From: Promethearchaeia archaeon
GTDB taxonomy: Archaea; Asgardarchaeota; Lokiarchaeia; Sigyniarchaeales; SOKP01
DNA length: 64,000 bases
NCBI GenBank assembly: GCA_029856045.1
Contig: JAHQWG010000035.1
Coordinates: 32,001 to 96,000, forward strand
Direction: 5' to 3'
A program made the position numbers and the translations under genes. Positions 30,841-40,665 of this stretch are shown piece by piece. The notes below the pieces were generated by a model. It saw only the letters and a program-made list of their open reading frames with translations. It was not told where the DNA came from and made no database searches. How positions within the stretch are numbered: the first letter of the stretch is position 1; every line of letters begins with the position of its first letter.

Positions 30841-31485
30841 TTATTTTGTTTTTATTAATCGATATAAATCAACCAAGATATTTTTTCTTTTTTTAGTGTG
30901 AAATTGAAAAGTTTTCTCTAATATCAAATTTAATGAGAAAATATCATCAACCACCCAATTTCTTTTTTCTATATATGACGTTAGAAATTCTCGAGTGTTT
31001 TTATTTGACAGATGAACCGAATAAATAATATCTGAAATGGTTAAGGCAGTATCTAAAAATAATCTATCTGCCTTTCTCGTTTGAACTCCAAATGGAGGAT
31101 TCATAATAGTTGTGATATTGGCGCTCCCTCGAAAAAGATCATCCCTAAAAGGTAAATGGTTAATATCTGATGCAATTGGATGATTAAGATGATATAGATC
31201 TAATTTATCACAATTATTCTTTAATATAATTAGCGCTAAGGGGTCTATATCAATATTTAATACTAATAACGCTTTAAGATAGGTAGCGGCAATCGATAAC
31301 CTTCCAGTACCAGCTCCTAAATCAAGAACTATCTTGTTTTCAATATCATTATGTTCAAATCCGGCATAGAACATTATATCCACTGCAGAAATTGCATTGA
31401 TACAATATTGTTCTAAAGATAAATTAGGATTAGTAAAATGTTTTGTTTTCTGAATAATGGTAACTAATTCTTTTTTTCTCATCAA
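30841..31485 (-). CDS. METTL5-family N6-adenine RNA methyltransferase
   Basis: LEQY, DLGAGTG, MNPPFG and FH motifs. Confidence 0.88.
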   Translation of the reverse strand: MMRKKELVTIIQKTKHFTNPNLSLEQYCINAISAVDIMFYAGFEHNDIENKIVLDLGAGTGRLSIAATYLKALLVLNIDIDPLALIILKNNCDKLDLYHLNHPIASDINHLPFRDDLFRGSANITTIMNPPFGVQTRKADRLFLDTALTISDIIYSVHLSNKNTREFLTSYIEKRNWVVDDIFSLNLILEKTFQFHTKKRKNILVDLYRLIKTK

Positions 31486-31617
31486 AAATCCAGATAATAT
31501 TTTCTTCCCTTATAAAAAATATTGGAAACCATTATTTATTATAGATCATTTTTAATTGTAATATTAAGAGAGTGTTACTAAGAAAATTAATGAAATAATT
31601 AAAAAAAATTGATTTGA

Positions 31618-32214
31618 ATGACAAATAATACTAAAAACGGGGAATATGCTTCTATTGGGCAGAGATTGGGTGTAGTTGAAGAATATTTACCTGATAAGAA
31701 TTCTACTTATGCAGACAAAGGGGTAATTTATGCGACTAGATCAGGAGCAATACATATTGATTCCCACAAAAAGAAGATCTCTGTTAAAGAACCTGACGAA
31801 AGTAAGAGACAAAAAATGAAAATCGGTGATATTGTTATTGGAATAATAAATTTTGTGAGAAAGTATTCTGTAGGTGTAAAGATATATATAATTAATAATA
31901 ATGTTAAGTTTTTTTCGGGAAATCTAGGAAATGTTCATGTATCTCAAATATCAAGAAATTATGTTGAAAAAATAGAGGATGCTTTTCAAAAAACAGATAT
32001 TCTTAGAGCTAAAGTATCAAAATTAAATTATAATGAAGTTGATTTAGTTACAGATCAACCAAATTTAGGTGTAATATCTGCGGATTGCTCAAGATGTGGA
32101 GGTCCTTTATATTTAATCAAAAGGGATTTATTGAAATGTGAAATTTGTGAAAATATAGAAAAAAGGAAATTAGCAAATGATTATGGTTCAGTAAAAACTC
32201 GATTAATAATATAG
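31618..32214 (+). CDS. csl4: Exosome RNA-binding protein Csl4
   Basis: GQRLGVVEEY, an S1 domain (HVSQ, DILRAKV), LGVI, CSRC...CEIC and EKRK motifs. Confidence 0.92.
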   Translation: MTNNTKNGEYASIGQRLGVVEEYLPDKNSTYADKGVIYATRSGAIHIDSHKKKISVKEPDESKRQKMKIGDIVIGIINFVRKYSVGVKIYIINNNVKFFSGNLGNVHVSQISRNYVEKIEDAFQKTDILRAKVSKLNYNEVDLVTDQPNLGVISADCSRCGGPLYLIKRDLLKCEICENIEKRKLANDYGSVKTRLII

Positions 32215-32279
32215 AAGTTTTTTAATATTTTTATTAATTTGAAGAGGGATCTCTTATTCCTAAAACTAAACGAAAAGTA

Positions 32280-32489
32280 TTGTCTTTTACATATAATAGT
32301 GTAAAACAAGCACTTCAATTTATTGAAGCAATTAAAAAAAAAGTCGTTAATTTAAATATTAATTTGACAATGGATAATGTAAGAATGAAAATAAATGTTG
32401 AATTAAGTGGTCCAAGAGATTTACAACGTTTAGCAACTTTTTTAATTCAAGATTTATCTAAGGAGATCCTTAAAAAGGAGATTTCTTAA
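32280..32489 (+). CDS. Small protein, possibly DUF2067-like; possible ATT start at 32256
   Basis: Lies between csl4 and rpoL, where DUF2067 sits in other archaea; small alpha/beta pattern. Confidence 0.55.
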   Translation: MSFTYNSVKQALQFIEAIKKKVVNLNINLTMDNVRMKINVELSGPRDLQRLATFLIQDLSKEILKKEIS

Positions 32490-32567
32490 GCTATTATTCC
32501 GAACTAATAGTAATAGCGAAAAAAATAAATTATATTACGAATTTTAATCAAATAGGTGTTCTTTTAA

Positions 32568-33044
32568 ATGGCAAAAAAAACAACTACAAGCAAAAAGGAT
32601 AAGACAAAGAATAAAGAATTAGAGGATATAGATGAAGAACTTTTTTCTGATGATGATGAAGAAGAATATCCGGCTACGGAAATTAAAGAAGAGGAAAAAC
32701 CACAAGATGAATTATCAGAAGAGGAAGAAGAAATTCAAAAAATACCAATAAAAGAAGAAAAATTTTATAAATATTTAAATCTAAAACTTAAGAAAATCAG
32801 AGAAAAAGATTATGAACTAAGTATTGAAGGTCAAACTCATGGATTTTGTAATATCTTAGTTAAGTACCTACTAGATATTGAAGGTGTTGAAATAGCTGCT
32901 TATAAGAGCACAACTATTGAGCCATCAAAAGTATTTATTAGACTAAAAAATGGATTTGATATTAAAAAAATTATCTCTAAGGGAGTTTCCCTTCTGGAAG
33001 AAGAAGTAATTAAACTTCAAAAAGTTTTTAATAAAAACTTCTGA
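32568..33044 (+). CDS. rpoL: RNA polymerase subunit Rpo11/L with an acidic N-terminal extension
   Basis: IEGQTHGFCNIL...GVEIAAY motif; csl4 neighbourhood. Confidence 0.85.
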   Translation: MAKKTTTSKKDKTKNKELEDIDEELFSDDDEEEYPATEIKEEEKPQDELSEEEEEIQKIPIKEEKFYKYLNLKLKKIREKDYELSIEGQTHGFCNILVKYLLDIEGVEIAAYKSTTIEPSKVFIRLKNGFDIKKIISKGVSLLEEEVIKLQKVFNKNF

Positions 33045-33050
33045 TTCTTT

Positions 33051-33539
33051 TTGTGTCATATTATGGAAAAAAATAATAATAATAAAAATGAACTAACATA
33101 TCTAATTTCTGATTTAAAAGATAAACCAAAGCTAATTGGAACTGATAAAGGTTTGGCGAAAATCGGAGATGGTATTGTTAATTTAACATATTCTGTAGCA
33201 AAATCGAAATTTTTAACACATTCTAAAAACATTCCTGAATCTCCAATTAGAGAGGGAAAAAAAGTTGATAAACTTATTCTCTCTAATGCTTTAAAAAATG
33301 CAGATATGAGGCAATATGCAAAAAATCGCTCAGATTCCCATGATTTAGCAAATACCTATGAGGGTCTAATTGCATACGTTTGGTTGTCTGGAGAAATAAC
33401 TATTAAACAAATTATATCAATTCTTGCGAGTCAACTTGAAGATGATATCTCCAATTACAAAATTGAAAGAATTGAAGCTATTAAATCGTTTACTCACTTA
33501 TTAAAAAAAGTTAAAAAATTCATTCCTAGGATTGAGTGA
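33051..33539 (+). CDS. Archaeal ribonuclease III-like family protein
   Basis: DKGLAKIGDGIVNLTYSVA and ANTYEGLIAYVWL motifs. Confidence 0.8.
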   Translation: MCHIMEKNNNNKNELTYLISDLKDKPKLIGTDKGLAKIGDGIVNLTYSVAKSKFLTHSKNIPESPIREGKKVDKLILSNALKNADMRQYAKNRSDSHDLANTYEGLIAYVWLSGEITIKQIISILASQLEDDISNYKIERIEAIKSFTHLLKKVKKFIPRIE

Positions 33540-33545
33540 TATAAT

Positions 33546-34112
33546 TTGAAAGATTATCCAATTACTATTGGCTTTGATGATGCTAAATTTCGTTTTGATG
33601 GACAAAAACAAACTACCCCCTTAATCGGTGTTGTATGTCAAGGAACTAGAGTAGTAAAAGTTGTAAAAAAAGAAATATTTATTGATGGAGACGATTCTAC
33701 GGATGCGATTATTGATCTGGTTAGATCGTGCGAAAATAATGTTCAATACATCCTAACACATACAATTACATTTGGTGGTTTCAACATTGCAGATATTGAG
33801 GAGATACACCAAAAACTTAAAACTCCGATAATTGCATTTACTGAACGTATGGTAAACCTTGATGATGTAAAAAAAGCCATTATTAAAAAATTTCCAAATC
33901 AAAACCGTGATAAAATCAATAAAATCATTAAAGCCGGCAATTTATATGAAATGAAAATAAAAACCCATGGTGGATATTCCACAGTTTATTTTCATTCAGT
34001 AGGAATACCTCCTGAGAAAGTTAAGTTTTTAATGGAAAAAGTTTCCATAGATTCGAAACTTCCCGAACCCGTTCGAATTGCTCATTTGATAGGAGCGTCT
34101 TTCGAGATTTAG
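33546..34112 (+). CDS. DUF99 / endonuclease V-like protein
   Basis: IGFDD, DGDDST, TFGGFNI and KLPEPVRIAHLI motifs. Confidence 0.88.
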   Translation: MKDYPITIGFDDAKFRFDGQKQTTPLIGVVCQGTRVVKVVKKEIFIDGDDSTDAIIDLVRSCENNVQYILTHTITFGGFNIADIEEIHQKLKTPIIAFTERMVNLDDVKKAIIKKFPNQNRDKINKIIKAGNLYEMKIKTHGGYSTVYFHSVGIPPEKVKFLMEKVSIDSKLPEPVRIAHLIGASFEI

Positions 34113-34154
34113 CTTTTTCAAAATGAACAAAAATGATAATTACAAAAAATTTTA

Positions 34155-34706
34155 CTAAATTTCGGAAATCTCTTGCCTTAAAATTGCTTGAACTTCTTTT
34201 CTTTTTGCAGGATCTATTGCGCACATCCCATATGTTTTAACACCTAATTTATTAGCAACATTCTGGATATTAATTGCTCCGGGTAAGTCTTGTTTATTTG
34301 CAATTGCGATAACTTTACTCCCTTTAAACCTAGAAAACCTTTCATAAAAACCTTTGGTGAAATTAATATTCTCTTCTGTGGAATCAGTAATTAATACTGT
34401 TAATCCAGCTCCTTTAACAAAATCTTCCCACATGAATTGAAAACGTTCTTGTCCTCCCATATCCCATATGGTTATTTTTTCACCATTATTTAATTTTACT
34501 TGCTCAATAGCAACACCAATTGTGGGATCACGACGTTCCAAAATTTCCTTACCTTGCATTAAAGAAAGAATAGTGGATTTGCCTACGCCACCTTTACCTA
34601 TGAACACAACTTTCTGTTTAATATTACCAACCATTGTTTCTATATTAAAAATTTTTAAAAGGATGAATATCAATTCCCATAAAAATTTCAAAAAATAAAG
34701 TATCAT
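34155..34706 (-). CDS. Arf/Ras-superfamily small GTPase; probable start near 34634
   Basis: GKGGVGKST, PTIG, WDMGGQERF and NKQD motifs. Confidence 0.9.
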   Translation of the reverse strand: MILYFLKFLWELIFILLKIFNIETMVGNIKQKVVFIGKGGVGKSTILSLMQGKEILERRDPTIGVAIEQVKLNNGEKITIWDMGGQERFQFMWEDFVKGAGLTVLITDSTEENINFTKGFYERFSRFKGSKVIAIANKQDLPGAINIQNVANKLGVKTYGMCAIDPAKRKEVQAILRQEISEI

Positions 34707-34939
34707 ACAGATGTTATTGAGTCTTAATCTTAAATTAGGAAAATATTGGCAATAGCGAACAACTTGTTTTAATTTAAAGATTTGCTAAAAAGATGAGTGG
34801 TTGGAATTTCTAAGTGCTTTTTTATGTAGAAAAAAAGTTTATATATTTAACAATTAAACATATTTTTATCCAAGTAATAGTTCTAGCTTCTAACTATAAC
34901 AAAATTTAAATAAAAAATTGAAAATTTGAAGGTGAAATT

Positions 34940-35518
34940 ATGTCAGGCAAAGAAGTTGTTGGAAGTATTTTAATTTCTTTAATCTTAATGAGTGCGATAG
35001 TTTTTTTTGCTTTACCGTTTATTTTTCCAGGTGTCAGTGAGAAAAATATTGTTGTTCAATCTAAATACGCAGAATGGAAAACTACCGCGATGATTTATGA
35101 TAGTGAAACTACAGCATATAAAAAAATAAGCGACACTGAATTAAATATTACTATTCAAGAGAGCTCCTCACTAGCTATTGTTTTTAGCGCCGATGCAATC
35201 TTGCATCTAAGTGATACTTTTACTGTAAAAAATAGCTATTTTTTTTCTGTAGTGATAGAAGGAGTAGGTAATAAAACTTTTTTTATTACCTACTTTGATT
35301 CTAGCGCAGCAACGGGTAGTATTCGAGAATTAACTTACAATCTCTATGTCAATTATGTAACAAACCCTTTACCAGCGGGAACCTATAATGTTGCAGTGTA
35401 CTGGCAGTCGAGATTTGATGCAAATGGCAGTAATTTTCTAAGCTTAGCACATTCTGGATATAATTATTCGCGAAGCTTGTGGATACAAGAATTAAGTATG
35501 GCGTTAATTACGACGTAA
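34940..35518 (+). CDS. Hypothetical membrane-anchored or secreted beta-rich protein
   Basis: N-terminal hydrophobic helix; GGTGA SD; upstream AAAAAGTTTATATA BRE/TATA-like element. Confidence 0.7.
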   Translation: MSGKEVVGSILISLILMSAIVFFALPFIFPGVSEKNIVVQSKYAEWKTTAMIYDSETTAYKKISDTELNITIQESSSLAIVFSADAILHLSDTFTVKNSYFFSVVIEGVGNKTFFITYFDSSAATGSIRELTYNLYVNYVTNPLPAGTYNVAVYWQSRFDANGSNFLSLAHSGYNYSRSLWIQELSMALITT

Positions 35519-35633
35519 ATTTTAAAATTATTATTTTTTTTTTTTAATTGTAATAAATTCAGAAAAATTCAAGAAGATATAATTTTATGGTTTAATAGTA
35601 TCTTTTATATCTATAATTTATAGGTCTGGAAAA

Positions 35634-36425
35634 ATGGAGAAACATAAAGAACTTTATTCAATTAATGAAATTGATGGAGTAACTTCTATCAGTAGCCCCC
35701 ATAAAAAAGAATTAAAGGAAATTGGGGAGAGAAAAGCTAAAACCTTTAGAACACTCACCGAAGAACAACTTAAGAATGCGACAAAAAACATTATCGGAGG
35801 CACACTTGAAAACATAGGGTTGAATGAAGACTGGACAATAACTAAAGTTTTTTTTCCTAATGTCAAAATTCACACAATCTATTTTTATTATGGAGATGAG
35901 TTTGGGTCAAAAGAAATAGATCAATTGAAATTTCTCTTTTCAGGTGAGCGTATAAGGTGGATTCCCGGGGAAGACCTCGCAAATTTTATAGATATAATGA
36001 TGAATTACGCCGAAAGAATGATTATAAAAAAAGAACCATTTAAATCCAGGAAAGAAAAACAATCTGAAATGTTAAAAAATGCTATTGAGGAAAGAAGCCC
36101 CTCGTTCTATTTTATAATTAATGAAGATATTCCAAATATAGCAGAATTGATTGGTGGGAATTTCATAAAACATAAAGATTTCTGGGAACTAAATAAAGAA
36201 ATCTTTCCTGGAATAACAATTAGAATTAAATATACCGAAAAACATGAACTAATCCCCCTTATTTTGGGAGTTAAATCCGATATGCTCGAAAATTACGAGA
36301 AAGATCTTCTTAGAATCCTCACTATCAATCACATCTTGCGATACATAACTATAAAATATGATAAGAGAGACCTCCCCGAAGTCTGCAAAAAGATGTTCGC
36401 ACCTGGTTATCTTAAACAGAAATAA
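35634..36425 (+). CDS. Hypothetical protein with two related alpha/beta halves
   Basis: IIGG...WTITKVFFPNVKI and LIGG...WELNKEIFPGITI segments. Confidence 0.65.
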   Translation: MEKHKELYSINEIDGVTSISSPHKKELKEIGERKAKTFRTLTEEQLKNATKNIIGGTLENIGLNEDWTITKVFFPNVKIHTIYFYYGDEFGSKEIDQLKFLFSGERIRWIPGEDLANFIDIMMNYAERMIIKKEPFKSRKEKQSEMLKNAIEERSPSFYFIINEDIPNIAELIGGNFIKHKDFWELNKEIFPGITIRIKYTEKHELIPLILGVKSDMLENYEKDLLRILTINHILRYITIKYDKRDLPEVCKKMFAPGYLKQK

Positions 36426-36556
36426 TATAGTAAAAAAAAAATTCCTCGAAATAATGAACTACAAAAAAAAAATGAAGAAGAAAACAAAAAAAAATTGAAA
36501 AATTAGACTGCAAAAAAATATAAAGGAATAAAATATATTTAAAAAAAATTATATTT

Positions 36557-37861
36557 TTACTCTGATTGAATTTCTTTGACAATTCCAACAGCGACCGTAC
36601 GTCCCATATCTCGCACCGCAAACCTCCCTAACTCTGGTATCTCTGAGTATTTCTCAATACAGAGTTTCTTGAGAGGTTGTAATTCCACAAATGCGACCTC
36701 ATTTCGTTTTATAAATTTTGGGTTATCTTCAATGACTGCTCCAGTTTTTTGGTCAATTTTTTTGAGCAAATTAACAAATTTGCAAGCTGTTTGTGAGGTA
36801 TGAGCGTGCACTACTGGTGTATAACCTTGTGCGATTGCTGTGGGGTGCCAAATAACCATTAATTGTCCTTTGAAATTTCCTGTTTTTGAGATAACTGTAG
36901 GTGGATCGCTGGGATGACCTAAGACATCTCCACGATGAACATCATTCATAGTTATACCTCGAATACTGAAACCCACATTATCACCTGGTTCCGCCTTATC
37001 GTATCCCTCATGGTGCATCTCGATGCTTCGAACCTCTCCTTTAAATCCAGTAGGCAATATAAGAATTTCTTCTCCAACCTTCATTACACCAGTTTCAACT
37101 CTGCCAACGGGTACAACGCCTGTGCCCTTTATTTTATACGCATCCTGAATTGGGAGTCTAAGAGGTTTATCCAATGGCTTTTCTGGTAATTTAAATTTGT
37201 CCATTGCTTCGAAAAGTGTTGGTCCATCATACCAAGGTGTTTTATCACTTTTCTCAACGATATTATCGCCTGTTATTCCACTAACTGGCACAAAATTAGT
37301 CTCTTTAATGTTGAAGCCAATTCTTTTTAAGAGATTAGAGACTCCATCTTTTACTTCATTGAACCGTTCTTCAGAATAGTTAAATGATGCATCATCGGCT
37401 TTATTAACTGCAACAACCAATTGTTTTATACCTAGAGTTTGGGCAAGATATGCGTGTTCTGTGGTTTGGCCATTAGCAGCTATGCCAGTTTCGAATTCTC
37501 CTTTTTTACCGGAAACTACGAGGACTGCTGCGTCTGCTTGAGAGGCGCCGGTTATCATATTTTTAACAAAATCCGCATGTCCTGGTGCATCAATTATAGT
37601 GAAGTAAAAGTTATTTGTATTGAATCTTCTGAACGCAAGGTCTATTGTAAGGCCACGTTCTCGTTCTTCTTTTAATCTATCAAGTACATAAGCGAATTTC
37701 CAAGATTCACGGTCGAGTTCTTTCGCAAGTTTTTCAAGTTCCCTTGCTTCGCGGTCTGAGATAGCTCCTGCGAGTATTAGCATGTGTCCCATCATGGTTG
37801 ACTTGCCATGGTCGACATGACCGATTATAATCAAGTTTAAGTGTGGTAATTCCTTAGGCAT
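36557..37861 (-). CDS. tuf: Translation elongation factor EF-1 alpha
   Basis: GHVDHGKST, ERERGLTID, DAPGH, NKAD and GRFAVRDMG motifs. Confidence 0.98.
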   Translation of the reverse strand: MPKELPHLNLIIIGHVDHGKSTMMGHMLILAGAISDREARELEKLAKELDRESWKFAYVLDRLKEERERGLTIDLAFRRFNTNNFYFTIIDAPGHADFVKNMITGASQADAAVLVVSGKKGEFETGIAANGQTTEHAYLAQTLGIKQLVVAVNKADDASFNYSEERFNEVKDGVSNLLKRIGFNIKETNFVPVSGITGDNIVEKSDKTPWYDGPTLFEAMDKFKLPEKPLDKPLRLPIQDAYKIKGTGVVPVGRVETGVMKVGEEILILPTGFKGEVRSIEMHHEGYDKAEPGDNVGFSIRGITMNDVHRGDVLGHPSDPPTVISKTGNFKGQLMVIWHPTAIAQGYTPVVHAHTSQTACKFVNLLKKIDQKTGAVIEDNPKFIKRNEVAFVELQPLKKLCIEKYSEIPELGRFAVRDMGRTVAVGIVKEIQSE

Positions 37862-38106
37862 TTATCATCACTTTTTTGTTATTTTATATAGATTTGAAAT
37901 TATATAGATTTAATTAATAAGTCTCCTTATTTTTTAAAGTTTTAAAATTTTTGGATAAATTAATATTTTTTGCTCTTTATTAATTTGGATTTCAACAAAA
38001 AAATTAATGTGATATGAGATAAAAAGCATTGAATTTTAATGAATTTATTGGCAAAAAATGTATAGGAATGCTTTTAAATGTAAAAACGATGAAGGAATAA
38101 ATAGAT

Positions 38107-38241
38107 TTATAGAGCAGATGGTTCTCTCAACCTTGCCCAATGGTCAAGATTAATAGCCAGAATTGTGGATTTTTCAAGTAATTTGAGTCCAGAGTGCTCG
38201 TAAATCGGTAGATTTTTTTCATTATAAACCTTTATTTTTAT
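38107..38241 (-). pseudogene. Probable C-terminal remnant of a GNAT acetyltransferase
   Basis: Reads ...YNEKNLPIYEHSGLKLLEKSTILAINLDHWARLREPSAL*, like the GNAT NxxNxxxYxxxGF...W.M.R tail. No ATG start. Confidence 0.55.
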
Positions 38242-38245
38242 TCCT

Positions 38246-38704
38246 CTACTTTTTCAAATTTTTAATTAATAACACACCCCAATATATAAAAATGCATATG
38301 CTCATTAAAGCAAATAGAAAAATCATATCTTGACCAAAAAATACTCTTAAGGTGATATAAATACCTGAGAAAAAAATTAATATTAAGCCAAAAGGTATAA
38401 AAATTTTAAATATAACATTTTCAAATTCAATGAGATCTTCTTGATCTTGTTTCCTTGAACCTTTTAAATAATCAACGAGCGCGATGATTATATACGGTAT
38501 TGATAATATAAAAATTGATATGGGTAAAACTAATATAATAAGGAAAATTAAGGCTTGGAGAAATCCAAACATTTCAACGTATATTTCTTGGAAAGTCAAT
38601 GCAATAGAACTAGTTATTAAATAAAAAAGAATTATAACGAGATAACCAAGAATCAAACCTAAGACATTCCAAAATAAGATTTTTTCTAACTGTTTTATCT
38701 TCAT
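38246..38704 (-). CDS. Hypothetical 4-TM membrane protein
   Basis: Four hydrophobic segments. Confidence 0.7.
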   Translation of the reverse strand: MKIKQLEKILFWNVLGLILGYLVIILFYLITSSIALTFQEIYVEMFGFLQALIFLIILVLPISIFILSIPYIIIALVDYLKGSRKQDQEDLIEFENVIFKIFIPFGLILIFFSGIYITLRVFFGQDMIFLFALMSICIFIYWGVLLIKNLKK

Positions 38705-38905
38705 TTTTTCATGTATTTATCGTATTAAAATTAAATAGATATACTAAATTATAAAATTTCTTATCTCTGATAATTTGAGAAATAAGATTTAATAAATCTT
38801 TATATTTTATCCCTATCAAAAGAGAATATTTTTTATAATTCTATTAGGAAAAAACTTAAATATTTCTAAAGAATTAACCAACTACCCGATTGCTATTAAA
38901 AATAA

Positions 38906-40081
38906 GTGTTTTTAAAAAATGCGATGAAAAATATGAATGAAGTTAATTTAATAAAAAGTGAGCCAGAAGATTTGGGACAAAGCAAGACTCATTATTTTCA
39001 AGTAGATGCAATGAAAGCGTTAATGATATTTTTAGTTATATTCGACCATACAATACCATGGACGATAAAGGGTGATATGGGAGTTGCGTTTTGGGAAAGA
39101 ATTTCAATTCCTGTTTTTTTGGTGATTATGGGTTTTAACATGGGGAATTCATTTAAACAGAAGGGAAATGCCCCATTGAGGGAGTTATATTCGAAGAGTT
39201 ACTTTAAAAATAAAACCTTACGCTATATAGTTCCTTTTCTAATACTATATATAATATCAACTATTGTTGGCTTGGTTCTTTATAATTTCGATTATAATGC
39301 GATGATTGAAACTCAATTATTGCCTCATTTTGGTGAAGTTAATATGATTATGGGAATTCTTCCATTTTGGGGTCCGGGCAATTGGTTCATTCCAATAATT
39401 TTCGAATCTATCTTAATCATGCCATTACTATATAAAGGTTTTTCAAGCAAACCTATTTGGAGTGTATTAACCCTAATTTCATGTTTTGTTATTGAAATTG
39501 TCGCTCAGTTATTTATCTTTTTTTATTTTGGTACACCTCCATTTCCTTCGTGGGAAATATATTATAGTTATCTTTTTGTAATTTGCAGTGTTTTTATATA
39601 TCTTTCCGCTATTGGGTTGGGTTTGTGGTTTTCTATGGGATATGGTATCACACAGAAGAGGAATTTATTTATTTGGATTTTATTTCCACTTAGTGTCATC
39701 TATCTTATAATGTATCAATTTTTTGATTTTCGATTTGACTTTATTAGGGGAGATTACAATTTATTTGTATTTCCTTATTCTGCTTTCTTATTTCTGATTG
39801 GAGTGAAATTATTACCTGAGAAAGCGGAGAGTAAATTTGCAAAAGCAATTGCTGTGATTGGAAAGGCGACGTATCATATCTTATTAGCACAAATCTTATA
39901 TTTTGGGATTGTTGTTGCCATTTGGGGTGACCATTATTGTGCATCAATTATTGGAATTAACCCTTTTAACTACATTGTTTGTTTTACTTATTTACCGATT
40001 AATTGGGTGATTTGTATCCCCCTTGGTGTCTTATGGTATTTTGTAGAAACCAAAATACGAAAGTATCGATTATATAAGTAA
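38906..40081 (+). CDS. Acyltransferase-3 family membrane protein
   Basis: QVDAMKALMIFLVIFDH, IPVFLVIMGF, WF and IGKATYHILLAQ motifs. Confidence 0.85.
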   Translation: MFLKNAMKNMNEVNLIKSEPEDLGQSKTHYFQVDAMKALMIFLVIFDHTIPWTIKGDMGVAFWERISIPVFLVIMGFNMGNSFKQKGNAPLRELYSKSYFKNKTLRYIVPFLILYIISTIVGLVLYNFDYNAMIETQLLPHFGEVNMIMGILPFWGPGNWFIPIIFESILIMPLLYKGFSSKPIWSVLTLISCFVIEIVAQLFIFFYFGTPPFPSWEIYYSYLFVICSVFIYLSAIGLGLWFSMGYGITQKRNLFIWILFPLSVIYLIMYQFFDFRFDFIRGDYNLFVFPYSAFLFLIGVKLLPEKAESKFAKAIAVIGKATYHILLAQILYFGIVVAIWGDHYCASIIGINPFNYIVCFTYLPINWVICIPLGVLWYFVETKIRKYRLYK

Positions 40082-40086
40082 ATAAA

Positions 40087-40641
40087 TTAAAATTCTTTTT
40101 TTTTTATTTCAAATCTATAATTTAATACATCTAATGTTTTAGGAATTTGATTTACTCTTTTGAAGGACAGTGCTACAATTCCTAATTTGTATCCAATTTC
40201 TGAAGGGAAAATGTATCCATTTAATTTCTTAAACATAAAAGGATATTGTCTATATAATCCTTGGATTTTCGTAATTACAGGAATATTTAAATTTGAATCA
40301 ATTTCGAAGCCCTTTCCTTTTTGGATATTTTTAAAAAGGTAGATAATATCACTAAGATCTTTATAATCTCTGATACTTAATGAAATTTTTTTGATGTGGT
40401 TTTTAGAATAAGTAAAAAATATCGTATTATTTGATATTTTGATATCCATTTTGTTAAGATATTCATTGCTATACTCACAAGCGTAAATAAAAACTGTGAA
40501 TAAAAATATTAATTCACTTCTCGAAAGATCTAGTTTTTGAGATAAATCATTTAGGTTAAAAAACATATCCTCCCTAATCGGGAGTTTTTTTTGTATAAAA
40601 TCCATAAATTTATTCCAATTTTCGAAACTAAACTCTAACAT
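40087..40641 (-). CDS. Hypothetical protein
   Basis: 184-aa ORF 25 bp downstream of the large surface-protein gene. Confidence 0.65.
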   Translation of the reverse strand: MLEFSFENWNKFMDFIQKKLPIREDMFFNLNDLSQKLDLSRSELIFLFTVFIYACEYSNEYLNKMDIKISNNTIFFTYSKNHIKKISLSIRDYKDLSDIIYLFKNIQKGKGFEIDSNLNIPVITKIQGLYRQYPFMFKKLNGYIFPSEIGYKLGIVALSFKRVNQIPKTLDVLNYRFEIKKKEF

Positions 40642-40665
40642 GATGATCCAGAAAAAAGAAAAAAG

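Noticed and set aside
38100-38210. GC-richer patch with inverted repeats (GATTTA..GAGCA / TGCTC..TAAATC) and a loose fluoride-riboswitch look
   Set aside because: The riboswitch consensus is not properly met and there is no downstream gene on that strand. A decayed GNAT coding fragment on the minus strand explains the patch better.
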